Assembly: GCA_963708025.1 (NCBI GenBank)
Contig: CAVPSB010000014.1
Coordinates: 1-64,000 of the forward strand
Direction of reading: 5' to 3'
Length of the DNA stretch: 64,000 nt
Origin: an uncultured Candidatus Rokubacteria bacterium
GTDB taxonomy: Bacteria; Methylomirabilota; Methylomirabilia; Rokubacteriales; DASRDR01
The notes beneath the pieces are model-generated. The model ran no database searches. It worked only from the letters and a program-made list of their open reading frames with translations, and was not told the origin of the DNA. This document shows, one piece after another, positions 63,803 through 64,000 of the stretch (positions are counted from its first letter, which is position 1; every line of letters starts with the position of its first letter). A program made the position numbers and the translations under genes.

Positions 63803-63873
63803 ACTCGCACCATCGCTGAAAGGGCGTGCCAGCCTCGTTGGGAATGTTGCATGTTGCACAACACTTGACAAGC
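63803..63873. repeat. 71-bp element, copy 2
   Basis: 63/71 identical to 54903-54973; last 29 bp identical. Confidence 0.9.
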
Positions 63874-64000
63874 TGGGGGACGTCCGGCGGAAGGGGGGAA
63901 GAGCAGCCCGGCGTGTCAGCGGGATGGGGGGCCGTGGATCTGGCCAGCTCGACGGCAGCAGGAACTCACCCCCGGAGGGTTCGTCAATGGTTCCAGAGAA

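Noticed and set aside
1-64000. tRNA or rRNA genes
   Set aside because: None recognised by eye; a covariance-model scan would be needed to exclude them

Overview
High-GC bacterial DNA. The gene content and style resemble Candidatus Rokubacteria/Methylomirabilota (inference). Clustered single-base indels suggest long-read assembly errors. The first ~22 kb is a decaying accessory region: general-stress genes (CsbD, BON/OsmY, DUF3309-like, ROK/polyphosphate glucokinase, truncated ppk1), a PAS hybrid kinase, an MBL-receiver protein, OmpA, an ExeA-ankyrin protein and several IS remnants. It ends in an integrase-core element that carries a complete IS110. In that IS110 the CT core, a sigma-70 promoter formed at the circle junction and all four candidate bridge-RNA guides can be read directly from the sequence. 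The rest is mostly metabolic and envelope genes: tandem MmpS-like proteins, MoxR-DUF58-transglutaminase, amidases, a hydantoinase pair and a copper operon. It also holds a CHASE2 cyclase with atypical specificity residues, a FecR-TPR-barrel receptor and a small Cys-loop protein, together a candidate trans-envelope signalling system. All family assignments are from motif recognition; no searches were run.
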